Shown piece by piece: positions 39,139 through 49,104 of a stretch of DNA of 64,000 bases. The DNA comes from Myxococcales bacterium (GTDB taxonomy: Bacteria > Myxococcota_A > UBA9042). Within the stretch, counting starts at the first letter, position 1; each line of letters begins with the position of its first letter. Both the position numbers and the translations under genes were made by a program. The DNA lies in the NCBI GenBank assembly GCA_037441385.1, contig JBBISH010000012.1, positions 1 to 64,000 on the forward strand, read 5' to 3'. Below the pieces are notes generated by a model. That model ran no database searches. It saw nothing but the letters and a program-made list of their open reading frames with translations, and was not told where the DNA came from.

Positions 39139-39444
39139 CTAGACGATCTTGTTGTCGGACTTGGCCGGGCCGCGGCCCAGAGGCAGCGTCGCGTCCACGT
39201 TGGCGTGCGGGCGCGGGATCACATGGACCGAGACCAGCTCGCCCACGCGCTCGGCCTGGCGCTGCCCAGCTTCCACCGCCGCCTTGACCGCCGCGACGTC
39301 GCCGCGAACGATCGCCGTGACGTAGCCGCCGCCGATCTTCTCAAAACCGACGAGCTCGACCTTGGCGGCCTTGACCATGGCATCGCTGGCCTCGACCAGG
39401 GCCACAAAACCGCGGGTTTCGATCATTCCCAAAGCGTCCGACAT
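39139..39444 (-). CDS. BMC-H hexameric shell protein
   Basis: [39 protein letters not shown]. Confidence 0.97.
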   Translation of the reverse strand: MSDALGMIETRGFVALVEASDAMVKAAKVELVGFEKIGGGYVTAIVRGDVAAVKAAVEAGQRQAERVGELVSVHVIPRPHANVDATLPLGRGPAKSDNKIV

Positions 39445-39553
39445 GATAACTCCTTGCTAACGGCTAGACTGACAGAACACGCTAATCTCTTTGCACTTCA
39501 ACAGCTGGGCTCCGCGGCAGGCGCCCCCCGACCGGCGGAGCGGGCGGCCTTGC

Positions 39554-40180
39554 CTAGCGCGACGGCGCCTGCCCCTCAACCCCTTCCAGAGCGGCGATCG
39601 CCGCGGCGCGCGCCGAGTCGATCTCGGACTCGCTGCCCGACATCCACAACCGGCCAAAAGCACCGAACGGTCGCACTTCGATCAGCTTGACGTTGGCGGC
39701 CTTCTCCGCTTCGTTGGCCGCATAGGCCGCGTAGCCAGCGGGCTCCGTCTCCAAGATGAACAGGCTATCGCCCGGCAAAATCATGTTGCCGTACGAGTCC
39801 TTGTTGATGATCTGTGCCTGATATGGCTCGATCGCCCGGATCACCTGATTGGTGGCGATGCGCGGCTTGAGGCGCTGCGACTCGTCGATGCCCAAGTCTT
39901 CCAGGATGGCGCGACCGGCGCTGCGAACCGCACCTTGGTCGGCGTCGTGCACTTCCAGCAGGCCAAAAGCGCGCTCGACCACCTGGATCGCCGGCGTCAC
40001 CGTAGTCGCTTTGAGCGCCACGTCGGTGATGCGGTTCACGGCGATACCCGGAGCGATTTCGACGTAGAGCGCCGCCATGTTGGGCAGCGGCAAGAAGCCG
40101 CGCGCGGTTTTTCCAATGAACGACGCCAGTTGCGGCTGCAAGCTGTCGAGAACGATGAAGGTGCGCAGCGCGATCGCCAT
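39554..40180 (-). CDS. BMC-T double-stacking trimer (CsoS1D/CcmP-like)
   Basis: [49 protein letters not shown]. Confidence 0.93.
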   Translation of the reverse strand: MAIALRTFIVLDSLQPQLASFIGKTARGFLPLPNMAALYVEIAPGIAVNRITDVALKATTVTPAIQVVERAFGLLEVHDADQGAVRSAGRAILEDLGIDESQRLKPRIATNQVIRAIEPYQAQIINKDSYGNMILPGDSLFILETEPAGYAAYAANEAEKAANVKLIEVRPFGAFGRLWMSGSESEIDSARAAAIAALEGVEGQAPSR

Positions 40181-40619
40181 GGCCCCTCGTACGCCGCGGA
40201 TGGGCGCGGGCAAAAAGAAAACGGTGGCCGGCACACGTGGCCGGCGTCGGGCATGTTGTAGCCCAAGATTGCCGCTGTGCAAAGTGCACGGCCGGCGTTG
40301 CCCACCGATTTTTCGATCGCGACTGTGTGGTCCTTCCGACAGACCCGGCCGGTGGGCGACCGGTACGGCGATCGCGGTTGGGAAATGCAGTGCCCAGGGC
40401 CGCGCGGATCACGCAGGTCGTCAAAAATCCTCGCCAGATTGGTCGCACGGGTTGGCTCGCGAGCATGGTTTGTGAGAAATTGTGGCACCCGACCAACAAG
40501 AAGGCTTGACGGTGTTGCGAGCGAACGGTACGACAGCCATGCTGATGGGGCCTGCCAGGCGACGCTGGTCGCGGTAGGCGCCCTGGGAAATCTGCGGCGG
40601 CTGTGGAGGGTCTGGGCTG

Positions 40620-42359
40620 ATGGCAACGTGTCCGCGCTGCGGCAGGAGCAACGAAGGCAAGTACCGATTCTGCCTTGGCTGCGGCGCGGCCTTGGGCGCG
40701 ACGGAGGCCAAGCCCGCCGTGGGCGCGCCCCGCTCGGCTGGCGGAACCGGCCCGGCTGGCGGAACCGGCCCGATACCCGGTGCGACCGCTCCGTCCTCGC
40801 CAGCGCCGGCCGCAAGGAGTGGCCCAGCCAACGCCCCAAGTCAGAGTCCTGCGGCTGCTGCCCTGCCCGCCCGACCGGCAGTGAGCCAATCGGCCGCCGC
40901 TGCCGTGGGTCGCGTCCGACCGGAGTCGGCGCCGCCCCCGGCCGCAGCCGAGCCCGCCGCACCGCCTGCGCCTCCCGCTGAAGCCCCTGCCGAATCCGAA
41001 GGAGGCGACCGGCTCCGCGCCAGTTCGATGCCGCTGCGTCGCTCTGCGAGCCTGATGGGCGTGGCCAACCGCGGCGAGCCAATGCTGCACCGCGAAACAC
41101 AACCGCGCACAGCACCGCGCGCCGATTCGGAAATGCCAAGCGCCGCCGCGGCCGTGGAACTACCGCCGCGCCCCGGCAGCAGTGGCGCCGTCGTGGGCCC
41201 AGCGGGAGCCGCCAAGACCGAAGCGCATCCCACGCTGCCCGAGGCGATGCAAGACCCCTTGGTCCGGGCGCGCCGCACCGCTGGCCAGCCCGTGATCGGT
41301 GTCCCGCCAACACCGGCCGCCATGCCGGCCGCGGCAATTCCGCCTTTGGTGGCTAGGCCGATGCCCGGTCCGAGTCCGACCGACTACGCCTCGGCCGAGC
41401 AGGTCGCGCCGCGTACCCCGGGCAAGTACGAGCCGCCGCACCAGGAAGTGGACGAGCCCAAACGCATTTTGACGCCGCTGATGACGCGCCCGCCGCTTGG
41501 GGTGGAGGACGCGGCCCCCACGACCCAGCAACCGGCCCAGATCGACGCGCCGATGCAGCCCGTTCGGTCCGCGGTCGTGCCGCCTCCGCCGCGCCCGGGA
41601 CTGCCGCCGCGGCCGGCCACCATCGACCGACCACCGCCGCCACCGCAAGTCCCACCGCCGTCTGCCAGCGCGGGCAACGTGGCCCCGCCCGCGCCGCAAA
41701 TCAGCCGCTTGGGTCATTTGGCCCTCATCGACGACAACGGCGCCGAGTCGCTGCAGTTCCCGCTTGTACTGGGCGAAAACCGCATCGGCTCGGGCGAGGG
41801 CTGCCAGCTCCGCTTCCCAGACGATGGCTTCTTGACCGGCGTGCACTGCATCATCCACGTTGAGCCAAGCAAGATGACGTTGCGGCCCGTCGACTACGGC
41901 AACGGTACGTACCTCCGCATTTCAACTCCGATCGAGTTGCACCACGGCGACACGATGCGAATCGGCCAAGAGGTGCTGCGCTTCGAGCGAATCGACCGGC
42001 TGACCCCCGAAATCAACTTTGCCGGCAAGGCCGAGATGGTGGGCTTCCCGCTGGGGCGCGAAGTCTGGGGTCGCCTGTGCCAAGTCGGCTTGGGTCGGCA
42101 AGTAGCGAACGCGTATATGCTCGCCACGCCAGACGTTTTCTTAGGGCGTGAGCGGGGGGACATTCTGTTTCCGCGCGACGGCTTCGTGTCTGGTTCGCAT
42201 GCCGTCGTGTCCGAGCGCAACGGTCGCTGCTTCCTCAAAGATTTGGTGAGTTCCAACGGTACGTTCATCAAGGCCAAACAAGACGCGCCGCTGCGCAATG
42301 GCGACTTGTTCTTGCTGGGCCGGAATTTGCTCAGGGTCCACTTGGGGCCCCCGAACTAA
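40620..42359 (+). CDS. Zn-ribbon, Pro-rich linker and double FHA-domain protein
   Basis: CPRC...FCLGCG; C-terminal FHA pair (NGTY; LGRE, VSGSHA, SSNGTF). Confidence 0.85.
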   Translation: MATCPRCGRSNEGKYRFCLGCGAALGATEAKPAVGAPRSAGGTGPAGGTGPIPGATAPSSPAPAARSGPANAPSQSPAAAALPARPAVSQSAAAAVGRVRPESAPPPAAAEPAAPPAPPAEAPAESEGGDRLRASSMPLRRSASLMGVANRGEPMLHRETQPRTAPRADSEMPSAAAAVELPPRPGSSGAVVGPAGAAKTEAHPTLPEAMQDPLVRARRTAGQPVIGVPPTPAAMPAAAIPPLVARPMPGPSPTDYASAEQVAPRTPGKYEPPHQEVDEPKRILTPLMTRPPLGVEDAAPTTQQPAQIDAPMQPVRSAVVPPPPRPGLPPRPATIDRPPPPPQVPPPSASAGNVAPPAPQISRLGHLALIDDNGAESLQFPLVLGENRIGSGEGCQLRFPDDGFLTGVHCIIHVEPSKMTLRPVDYGNGTYLRISTPIELHHGDTMRIGQEVLRFERIDRLTPEINFAGKAEMVGFPLGREVWGRLCQVGLGRQVANAYMLATPDVFLGRERGDILFPRDGFVSGSHAVVSERNGRCFLKDLVSSNGTFIKAKQDAPLRNGDLFLLGRNLLRVHLGPPN

Positions 42360-42444
42360 CTTTTCTGCTCAAATTCAGGTTTGGCGAATTGGCCGACCTG
42401 TGAAACACTGCGGGAGTCCCCCAACCCCGAGCGCGAGAATCACG

Positions 42445-42840
42445 ATGAGCAAGGCAACCGTACCCCAGACCAGCACCCCCGCGCGTGCCAGCGACCGCCG
42501 CGAGCTGGTCCGCAAGGCCTTCGATATCCAAGTGGGAATCGCCACGGATCATCGGCTCTTTGTCGGGCTGGTTAGCAACATTTCGGCCGGCGGGTTGTTC
42601 ATCGCCACCGACGAGCACCTGCGCAAAGGCGACCAAGTCGAGGTCCGCTTCTCGATCCCTGGGCACAACCACGTCTTTGACAAGCAGGCTACGGTGATGT
42701 GGACGCGGCCCCTTTCCGAGGGGTCCAACCAGCGCACCAAAGCCGGAGCGGGCGTAAAGTTCGCGGACTTGACCGAGGAAGAGACCAAGATGCTCAATGC
42801 ATTCTTGCAGATCCACGAGCCGATCTTCTTCGATACTTGA
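42445..42840 (+). CDS. PilZ-domain protein (myxobacterial TIGR02266-like)
   Basis: RRELVR, NISAGGLFIAT, V.WTR, GAGVKF, EPIFFD. Confidence 0.88.
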   Translation: MSKATVPQTSTPARASDRRELVRKAFDIQVGIATDHRLFVGLVSNISAGGLFIATDEHLRKGDQVEVRFSIPGHNHVFDKQATVMWTRPLSEGSNQRTKAGAGVKFADLTEEETKMLNAFLQIHEPIFFDT

Positions 42841-42982
42841 GCCCTGGGCGGGCGCACGCGAGCGCCTCCAACCACTCGTCAGCGACTTCCAAGGTGCGGA
42901 CGCGCGGAGAAAGGCTGGAGCACCGATCAGAAACCCGAACCTGCGTGCAAACGTCGCGGCGGGTCGCGCCAGTGCAGGGCTC

Positions 42983-43120
42983 TGATACGGTTTCCGTCCA
43001 AATCGGCTCGAAAACTTCGGCAATTCTTCGGGCCCGAACCGGGGTCCCCGCCTGATTCTCGCCGGTTGCAGACCGGGTCAGAGGAACGGTACAGGCGTGA
43101 ATCAGACGGGGTTCATATGA
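42983..43120 (+). mobile_element. Dispersed 138-bp MITE-like element, copy 3 (intergenic, between convergent genes)
   Basis: Aligns to 491-628; bounded by TGA...TGA. Confidence 0.85.
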
Positions 43121-43210
43121 GGGGCCCGCTTGCGACCCACAGAGCATCAACGAGTTTTCGTCAGCGAGTCGTTACGTTGCTCTGAACATCGGAGATTTGT
43201 GATTGGTGTT

Positions 43211-44083
43211 CTACAGTAGCTGCAGTCCGTGGCGCCGGCTCCAGACTTCGATTCGCAATTCCAGCAATTCGGGCAATTCCAGCGGCGCCGTGTGGCTGCC
43301 GCCAGGGACTTCGCACAGTTCTGCGGCGGGCAGACCGGTAGCGAGCTCGCGCTGGAGCTTGACCGGCGTAAAGTGATCCTGAGTGCCAGCAATTACGAGC
43401 GCGGGCATCGTCAGTTCCGCGAGCCACGGCCGGGCGGAGTGGCCCGCGACGCTTTGTAGGAACTCGAGGAAAACGAGCGGCTCCATCCGCGACATGTGGT
43501 TGAGATAGGGCAAGAAGTCGTCGCGGCGGATCATGCGCGGGTTGATCTCGGTCGCCACGGCAAACTGGTAGGCCCACTCCGTGGGCACCACGCGCTGCCA
43601 GATGCGCCGCAACCCCTCTTGGTACTTCAAAGCCGCTCCGCTCAGCAGGGGCAGCAGGCGGGCGCCCAGATCACTGCCCTGGAACGTGTCCAACGGCCGC
43701 TCGAAGGCCCCGCAAATCGGCACGATGGCTCGGGTTTGCTGCGGTCGCAGGTGCGCAGCTTCGAGCAAGACCTGCACGCCCATCGAGTGCCCCAGCAGCA
43801 CCACCGGGCCGACACCGGCCCAGTCTGCGACCGTCCAGAGATCGCGGGCACTTTGCTCGATGGTCAGCGAGGCCATGTCGCTGGGGATCTCGCTCTGGCC
43901 GTGGCCCCGATAGTGGAAATGCAGAACCTTGCAGCGATTCTCTAGTGCAGGGCGCAAGTAGCGCCACACGTAGCCGTCGCAACCCACACCGTCGCAAAGG
44001 ATGACCGCGGGACCGTCGGGCTTGCCCGTGACGCGGACCGAGAGCTGGGTACCGTCGGGCGCAGCGACCGTCTGCGACTTCAC
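43211..44083 (-). CDS. Alpha/beta fold hydrolase
   Basis: YRGHGQS, GHSMG, IAGTQD, GGSH; GTGA overlap with pssA. Confidence 0.9.
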   Translation of the reverse strand: MKSQTVAAPDGTQLSVRVTGKPDGPAVILCDGVGCDGYVWRYLRPALENRCKVLHFHYRGHGQSEIPSDMASLTIEQSARDLWTVADWAGVGPVVLLGHSMGVQVLLEAAHLRPQQTRAIVPICGAFERPLDTFQGSDLGARLLPLLSGAALKYQEGLRRIWQRVVPTEWAYQFAVATEINPRMIRRDDFLPYLNHMSRMEPLVFLEFLQSVAGHSARPWLAELTMPALVIAGTQDHFTPVKLQRELATGLPAAELCEVPGGSHTAPLELPELLELRIEVWSRRHGLQLL

Positions 44084-44874
44084 GGCTTGGCCTCGTGCTC
44101 GGCCTTGGCCTCTTTCCACATCTTGGGGCCCAAGATGGCAAAACCAACGGCCAGATAGCCAGCAATCAGCAAGTGGGTGATCCAGATGCCCTGTCGAGCC
44201 AGAACAGAGAGATAGATGAACACGCCCGCCGCGAGCTGCACCATCTTGAACGCCTTGTTCTTGCTGGCCTTGAGTTTGGGTAGGGGCAGATTCGACACCA
44301 TGGCCAGCGCGTTGAACACAAGCGCCACGGGCAGCCAAGTCAGTATTTCTGGGTGGGTTTTGTCCCAGCCCAGCTCGATCCAGGCCAAGTAGGCGCTGCA
44401 AATCATCGCACCCGACACGGTGGAGGGCAGGCCCAAAAACAGCAGCGGCCCGATCGTGGAGGTCATGACGTTGAAGCGCGCCAGGCGGACCACGGTCATG
44501 ATGGCATAGAACAGCGCGATTCCTTTGAGGACTGCCGCGGCCGGCAAACCCAGGAGTTGAGCCTGGGGGCCCCAGACGCCTGGGACCAGCGTCTCGCACA
44601 GGCCAAGAACCAGCGCCCCAGGCGCGGCGCCAAAGGCGGTGGCGTCGGCAAACGAGTCGAACTGGACGCCGAATTCGGTGGAACCGCGCAGAGCCCGCGC
44701 CACCGACCCGTCCAGCTTGTCGAGCAAGACGGACAACAGCACCAGCCAGGCAGCCAGGGCGAAGTCGTGCACCGCGAGCGAGCAGTACATCGACGAGAGG
44801 CCGCAGCCGAGTGCGGTGGCCGTGATCAGGTTCGGCGGGATGGTGCGCGGTGGCACTGGGTCAAAAAGTCTCAC
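44080..44874 (-). CDS. pssA: CDP-alcohol phosphatidyltransferase (phosphatidylserine synthase-like)
   Basis: PNLIT, DKLDGSVAR, FGVQFDSFAD..AFG.AP, RLARFN, FLGLPS, LAMVS. Confidence 0.85.
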   Translation of the reverse strand: MRLFDPVPPRTIPPNLITATALGCGLSSMYCSLAVHDFALAAWLVLLSVLLDKLDGSVARALRGSTEFGVQFDSFADATAFGAAPGALVLGLCETLVPGVWGPQAQLLGLPAAAVLKGIALFYAIMTVVRLARFNVMTSTIGPLLFLGLPSTVSGAMICSAYLAWIELGWDKTHPEILTWLPVALVFNALAMVSNLPLPKLKASKNKAFKMVQLAAGVFIYLSVLARQGIWITHLLIAGYLAVGFAILGPKMWKEAKAEHEAKP

Positions 44875-45084
44875 GGCTTGGGCCTTGTCGCGCGAAGTGG
44901 TCGCGTGCGGCTGCGTCCGATGTCTGGCACGCAGCGGGCCTAGCTTAGCGCGCCTGGGCCGCGGCGAGCAATTGCCGCACGGCGGCCGCCACTGTCGCGG
45001 TTTTGCGCGGGCCTGCTACAGTTGCACGTGAAGACCTTGTTGGGGTTTGCTTTGCCGCTCGCCGTCCGCCACTGGAAGCCGCAC

Positions 45085-47199
45085 ATGCGCATCGGCGCGT
45101 CGCTGGTCCTGCTCCGGCAGATCGGCGAGGGCGGCATGGGCCAAGTATGGCTGGCCCAAGACGAATTGCTGGATCGACAAGTGGCGGTCAAGTGGCTGCG
45201 GGCGGACTCGGACCTGGAGGCGCTGGCGCTGCGGACCTTGCTGGAAGCGCGGGCGGCTGCGCGCGTCGTGCACCCCCACGTGGTGGCCGTTCACGCCATC
45301 GGCGACGATCAAGGCCTGCCGTACATCGAGATGGAGTGGGTGGATGGGCCGTCGCTGCGGCGCGTGCTGGCCAATGGGGCGGTCCCCCGGCCGCAGGCGG
45401 CGCTTTGGCTCGTGCAGATCGCGGCGGCTCTAGACGCTGCCCATCGGCTTGGGGTCATCCACTGCGACATCAAGCCAGAAAACGTGCTGTTGCGCACCCT
45501 GAGCGACGGCCCGACCATCGCCAAGTTGGCCGATTTTGGGCTCGCACGCAGCCGGCAAGACGGCCGGGCCGATGCGCCGCTCAGCCACGGCACCGCGGCC
45601 TACCTGGCGCCCGAGCTAGAGACTAGCGCCCCGCGAGCGACCTCGGACCTGTTCGCGTTGGCCGTGATGGCGGTGGAGTTGCTGACCGGCGACCTGCCGG
45701 AGCGGCCCGACTGGCGCACCCAACCGCAGATTATCGCCGACCAATTGCCACCCGCGGCCCGCGACGTGCTGCGGCGCGCGACGGACGCCAACCCGCAGCG
45801 GCGGCCTACTTCGGCCGGGGCCTTTGCCGACGAGCTGTTGCGGGCCCTGGGTCTCGCCAGCTTGCGATCGGGCCTGCCATCCGCGGATTTCAATGCCACC
45901 AGCGCCGAGATTGCCTTGCCCGTGCTGGGGGGCCAGGTGCCGCTTGAGGTGGCGATTCCGCTGCTGCTGAGCGTGTTGCCGCCGCAGACTGGGCTGCTGG
46001 ACCTGGCGCTGGGGTCTCGGCCGCCCGCGGACCTGTTGGCCCAACTGCGCCACGACGGCACGCTGATCGGGACCAACGCCGCCCCCGAGCTAGCGCCGGA
46101 GATGGATCGGCACAACCTGACCCAGTCGCTGCCGCCGCGGGCCCTGCGCGTGGTGCTAGCGCGCGCGGCGTCGGCAATCGAGGCGGGCTGCGCACAAAGC
46201 GAGTCCAGTCGGGAAGATGCGACCCGCTTGTACTTGGCCGCCCGCCGGTTGGGCGATGCCGCCCGTTTGGCGCGCGAAAGTGCTGCGGCTACGGCGAACG
46301 CGCGGGCGCGCCGGCAGCACTTGTCCCGGGTGGTGGCGCTATCGGCCTCTGCGACCCAGGCCGGGCCGTGGCTCGCGGCCCTGCTCGACGGCATCGAGTG
46401 GGATCTGCGCTGCGGCTGGCTGGAGGCGGTGCGAGCGCCGCTGGCCGAAGCCCAAGGCCTGGCCGCGGATTTGGCGCTGGCCCCCGGAGATCCCCTGCGA
46501 CTCCGGGCTGATCTGGCCGATGCGGCGCTGCGCCTGGGGCACGGTCATCCTCGCAAGGCGCTGGAACGCTTGGACCGGGTCGCTGCGGCGATGCCCGCCG
46601 AGGCGGCGGAACACCCTTTGGGGCCCGAGGTTTGGGCGCTGCGCGTAGCCGCACTGGCAGAGGGAGAGCGGCCGGAGTTGGCGCTGGCCCAGGCCCGAGC
46701 GGGCAGCGGCGGTCAGGCCATCGAGCCAGCCGTGCAAGCGTCGCTGGCGGCCGCTTGGGCGGCGATGCGCTTGAACGATTGGAACAGTGCCGAACGCTTT
46801 GCGCTGCAAGCCACGGCCGGTGCTGCCGAATTGGGCGACGCCCTTTTGGCGGCCGAAGCGGCCCTGCGCCGCGGTGAGTGTGAGCTGGGTCGCGGCCGGC
46901 CCACGCGTGCCAGGAAACTCGCCGACGACGCCTTGGCCCTGCTGGAGTCGCTGGGTACCGTGGCGACGACTGCCAAGGCGCTGTGGTTGGCCGGCCGCTG
47001 TTGCGAGCCGTTGCGGCAACCGCTGGCGGCCGCGCGCGCCTACGGTCAGGCCGAAGTGCTGGCCGGCGAAATGGGCTTGCCGCGGCTGCGGTTAGATGCA
47101 CTGCTTGCGCTGGCCGAGCTCGCGCAGACCGCCGGCCAAGGCGACGTGGCCGAGGCTTGGCGGCAAGAGGCAGCGCGGCTCCGGCGGCGGATGGTCTAG
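45085..47199 (+). CDS. Ser/Thr protein kinase with Ala/Leu-rich TPR-like C-terminus (start uncertain)
   Basis: IGEGGMGQV, VAVK, HCDIKPEN, DFG, GTAAYLAPE. Confidence 0.88.
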   Translation: MRIGASLVLLRQIGEGGMGQVWLAQDELLDRQVAVKWLRADSDLEALALRTLLEARAAARVVHPHVVAVHAIGDDQGLPYIEMEWVDGPSLRRVLANGAVPRPQAALWLVQIAAALDAAHRLGVIHCDIKPENVLLRTLSDGPTIAKLADFGLARSRQDGRADAPLSHGTAAYLAPELETSAPRATSDLFALAVMAVELLTGDLPERPDWRTQPQIIADQLPPAARDVLRRATDANPQRRPTSAGAFADELLRALGLASLRSGLPSADFNATSAEIALPVLGGQVPLEVAIPLLLSVLPPQTGLLDLALGSRPPADLLAQLRHDGTLIGTNAAPELAPEMDRHNLTQSLPPRALRVVLARAASAIEAGCAQSESSREDATRLYLAARRLGDAARLARESAAATANARARRQHLSRVVALSASATQAGPWLAALLDGIEWDLRCGWLEAVRAPLAEAQGLAADLALAPGDPLRLRADLADAALRLGHGHPRKALERLDRVAAAMPAEAAEHPLGPEVWALRVAALAEGERPELALAQARAGSGGQAIEPAVQASLAAAWAAMRLNDWNSAERFALQATAGAAELGDALLAAEAALRRGECELGRGRPTRARKLADDALALLESLGTVATTAKALWLAGRCCEPLRQPLAAARAYGQAEVLAGEMGLPRLRLDALLALAELAQTAGQGDVAEAWRQEAARLRRRMV

Positions 47200-47255
47200 C
47201 CGAAGGCGCGGGAGTCGCCCAATTCGGCACGCGGTGTCGGGAGTCACGAGCAGAA

Positions 47256-47630
47256 GCAAAAGCACGAAAGGCCCGGGAATTGCTTCCTTGGGCCTTTCTT
47301 GGTCGCTGGGGCAGGATTGCACGCCTGGGCCGGTTTGCTCAAATCCCGCCTCGCGGATGGCAAAAGCACGAAAGGCCCAGGAATTGCTTCCTTGGGCCTT
47401 TCTTGGTCGCGGGGGCAGGATTGCACCCCTGGGCCGGCTTGCTCAAATCCCGCCCCGCGGATGGCAAAAGCACGAAAGGCCCAGGAATTGCTTCCTTGGG
47501 CCTTTCTTGGTCGCGGGGGCAGGATTGCGCCCCTGGGCCGGCTTGTTCAAATCCCGCCCAGCGGACGGCAAAAGCACGAAAGGCCCAGGAATTGCTTCCT
47601 TGGGCCTTTCTTGGTCGCGGGGGCAGGATT
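47256..47630 (-). repeat. tRNA-linked tandem array, 104-bp period (3 full units plus partial)
   Basis: Units start at 47256, 47360, 47464, 47568; each has a terminator hairpin plus a copy of the tRNA 3' end. Confidence 0.95.
47578..47610 (-). terminator. Intrinsic terminator originally following the tRNA (repeated in each array unit)
   Basis: GAAAGGCCCA...TGGGCCTTTC stem followed by GTGCTTTT on the minus strand. Confidence 0.75.
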
Positions 47631-47678
47631 TGAACCTGCGACCTTCGGGTTATGAGTGGCGGACGCTGACCTTGGTGG
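47614..47678 (-). repeat. att site: 65-bp direct repeat containing displaced 3' part of tRNA-Met
   Basis: Identical to 61642-61706; adjoining host sequence ends ACCA, but there is no 5' acceptor strand. Confidence 0.92.
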
Positions 47679-47762
47679 ACGCGCGGGGCCTTGGATTTTG
47701 CCCTGTTGTGAGTCATCGCCGCCTTGAGTACCTTGTCGAACTTGCCCGGCAAGGATAGCCGT

Positions 47763-47784
47763 TGGTCACAAAATGGGAACAGAC
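47763..47784. promoter_or_regulatory. Putative integrase arm-type sites (left end)
   Basis: TGGTCACAAAA-TGGGAACAGAC, 11-bp period, matches the pair at 61570-61591. Confidence 0.6.
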
Positions 47785-49104
47785 GAGCCGAAGAAAGACA
47801 CCAAGAGGCCGCGACGGACGAGCGAAGAGGTAGCAAGAGCGAAGAAGGCGAGAGAGAAGGCGAAGAAGGTGAAGGCGGCGAGGAAGGTCGCGAAGGAGAA
47901 TGCTAAGAAGGCGATCGCTGACAAGAAAAGGGCGGTGCGGGCCGCCGGGGGCACCTGGCCGAAGGTGACCAAGGCGCAGAATGCGGCGGCTTTGAGCGAT
48001 CCCGCGCGGCGACCCAGCCTGGGAGACCTGCACGCAGCGATCAGGACGTTGTCGGTGATGGTCGACTGCTACGAACGGCAAGAACCCATGCTCGACCCGA
48101 AGAATGGCGCCGTCGATCGCGAAAACGACACTGTGCTGCTAGAGGTGATCGAAATCCTACGCAATGCCGCAGCACGACAGAGTTACACCGGTGCAATCCG
48201 GTCCGCCGCTGCCCAGTTGAGCCAGTCGGTTGCACAGGCGGTCGCCACGGCTATCGGCAAGCGGCACAGGGGGCGCGGCGCCCCAGTCACGCGGTCCGGA
48301 ATCGTGCCTCCGGGTTGGCCGGAGTCCTCAGATCGCTTCGTCACAGAATTCGGCATGGCCATTTGGGAATTTCAGCGCGCTACGGGTCAAAGCGTTGACG
48401 CGAAGTTGGCGGCAGAGGCCCTACACACCGCACAGGAAGGCGTCCACAATGCCCGAGCCGCTCACACCGATGTCGGCCCAGCAGACGTTGGGCTACAGGC
48501 TGCAGCTGACATAGCCGGGGTGTCGATTTCGACGATCAAGAAGTGGGCTGCGGCCCAGCGCACAACCGGCAGCAAGAACGCGGAGCCGGAACATGGCCGG
48601 GCAACGACCTTCTACGGTGCACGGTTCGACAACAGCGACCTCGACCAATTCGCACGCCGCTTGTGTAGGCCGTTTGGCGGTGACGCATTCATTCGAGCAG
48701 CTGCGGCCGAAATCGGCGTCGACGACGTGTTGCGGCTGGCTACCCGAATCTTCGACGGAGCCGCCTGGAGCTTGCCGGCATCGCCGGAGTTCTACGCGAA
48801 GCGCGATGCGTTGAAGGCCCTGGTGGCAGCACTCGGGGGCAATCCGGCGCTCTACGGGGCACGAGCTGATGAGCTACCTGCAATCTCGCCACGGACAGGC
48901 GCCGCGCCCGGGTCAATGGAAATTCGAGGGCGGGACGCGCAGGGGGACGGATTGTGGCTGTTTGAGGAAATAGACAAAGGTGCGCGTCTTGTCGACGTTG
49001 CACGCGGGGCTTGGTCCACCGAACCCCTGGCGATTGAGGAGCGCTATCGGAAAATGGTGAAGGAGTTCCTGAGCCAAATGGCACGTGAACTGGCAGGCAA
49101 GTAG
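47773..49104 (+). CDS. Hypothetical protein, Lys-rich N-terminus, possible internal HTH
   Basis: 443-aa ORF; LQAAADIAGVSISTIKKW resembles an HTH; start uncertain. Confidence 0.6.
   Translation: MGTDEPKKDTKRPRRTSEEVARAKKAREKAKKVKAARKVAKENAKKAIADKKRAVRAAGGTWPKVTKAQNAAALSDPARRPSLGDLHAAIRTLSVMVDCYERQEPMLDPKNGAVDRENDTVLLEVIEILRNAAARQSYTGAIRSAAAQLSQSVAQAVATAIGKRHRGRGAPVTRSGIVPPGWPESSDRFVTEFGMAIWEFQRATGQSVDAKLAAEALHTAQEGVHNARAAHTDVGPADVGLQAAADIAGVSISTIKKWAAAQRTTGSKNAEPEHGRATTFYGARFDNSDLDQFARRLCRPFGGDAFIRAAAAEIGVDDVLRLATRIFDGAAWSLPASPEFYAKRDALKALVAALGGNPALYGARADELPAISPRTGAAPGSMEIRGRDAQGDGLWLFEEIDKGARLVDVARGAWSTEPLAIEERYRKMVKEFLSQMARELAGK

Noticed and set aside
40734..40771. 18-bp tandem repeat
   Set aside because: In-frame low-complexity linker (AGGTGP twice) in the FHA protein.
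44925..44940. sigma54 promoter for the kinase at 45085
   Set aside because: TGGCAC is present but the -12 element (GGGC) is poor.
663..47199. Abundance of Ser/Thr kinases, FHA and TPR proteins as a novel system
   Set aside because: Ordinary for myxobacteria-like genomes and not clustered as one unit.
47256..47630. CRISPR array
   Set aside because: The sequences between the hairpins are near-identical rather than unique spacers, the repeat contains a tRNA end and terminator, and there are no cas genes in the window.
47611..47690. Second intact tRNA-Met
   Set aside because: No 5' acceptor strand or promoter; it is the att duplicate.
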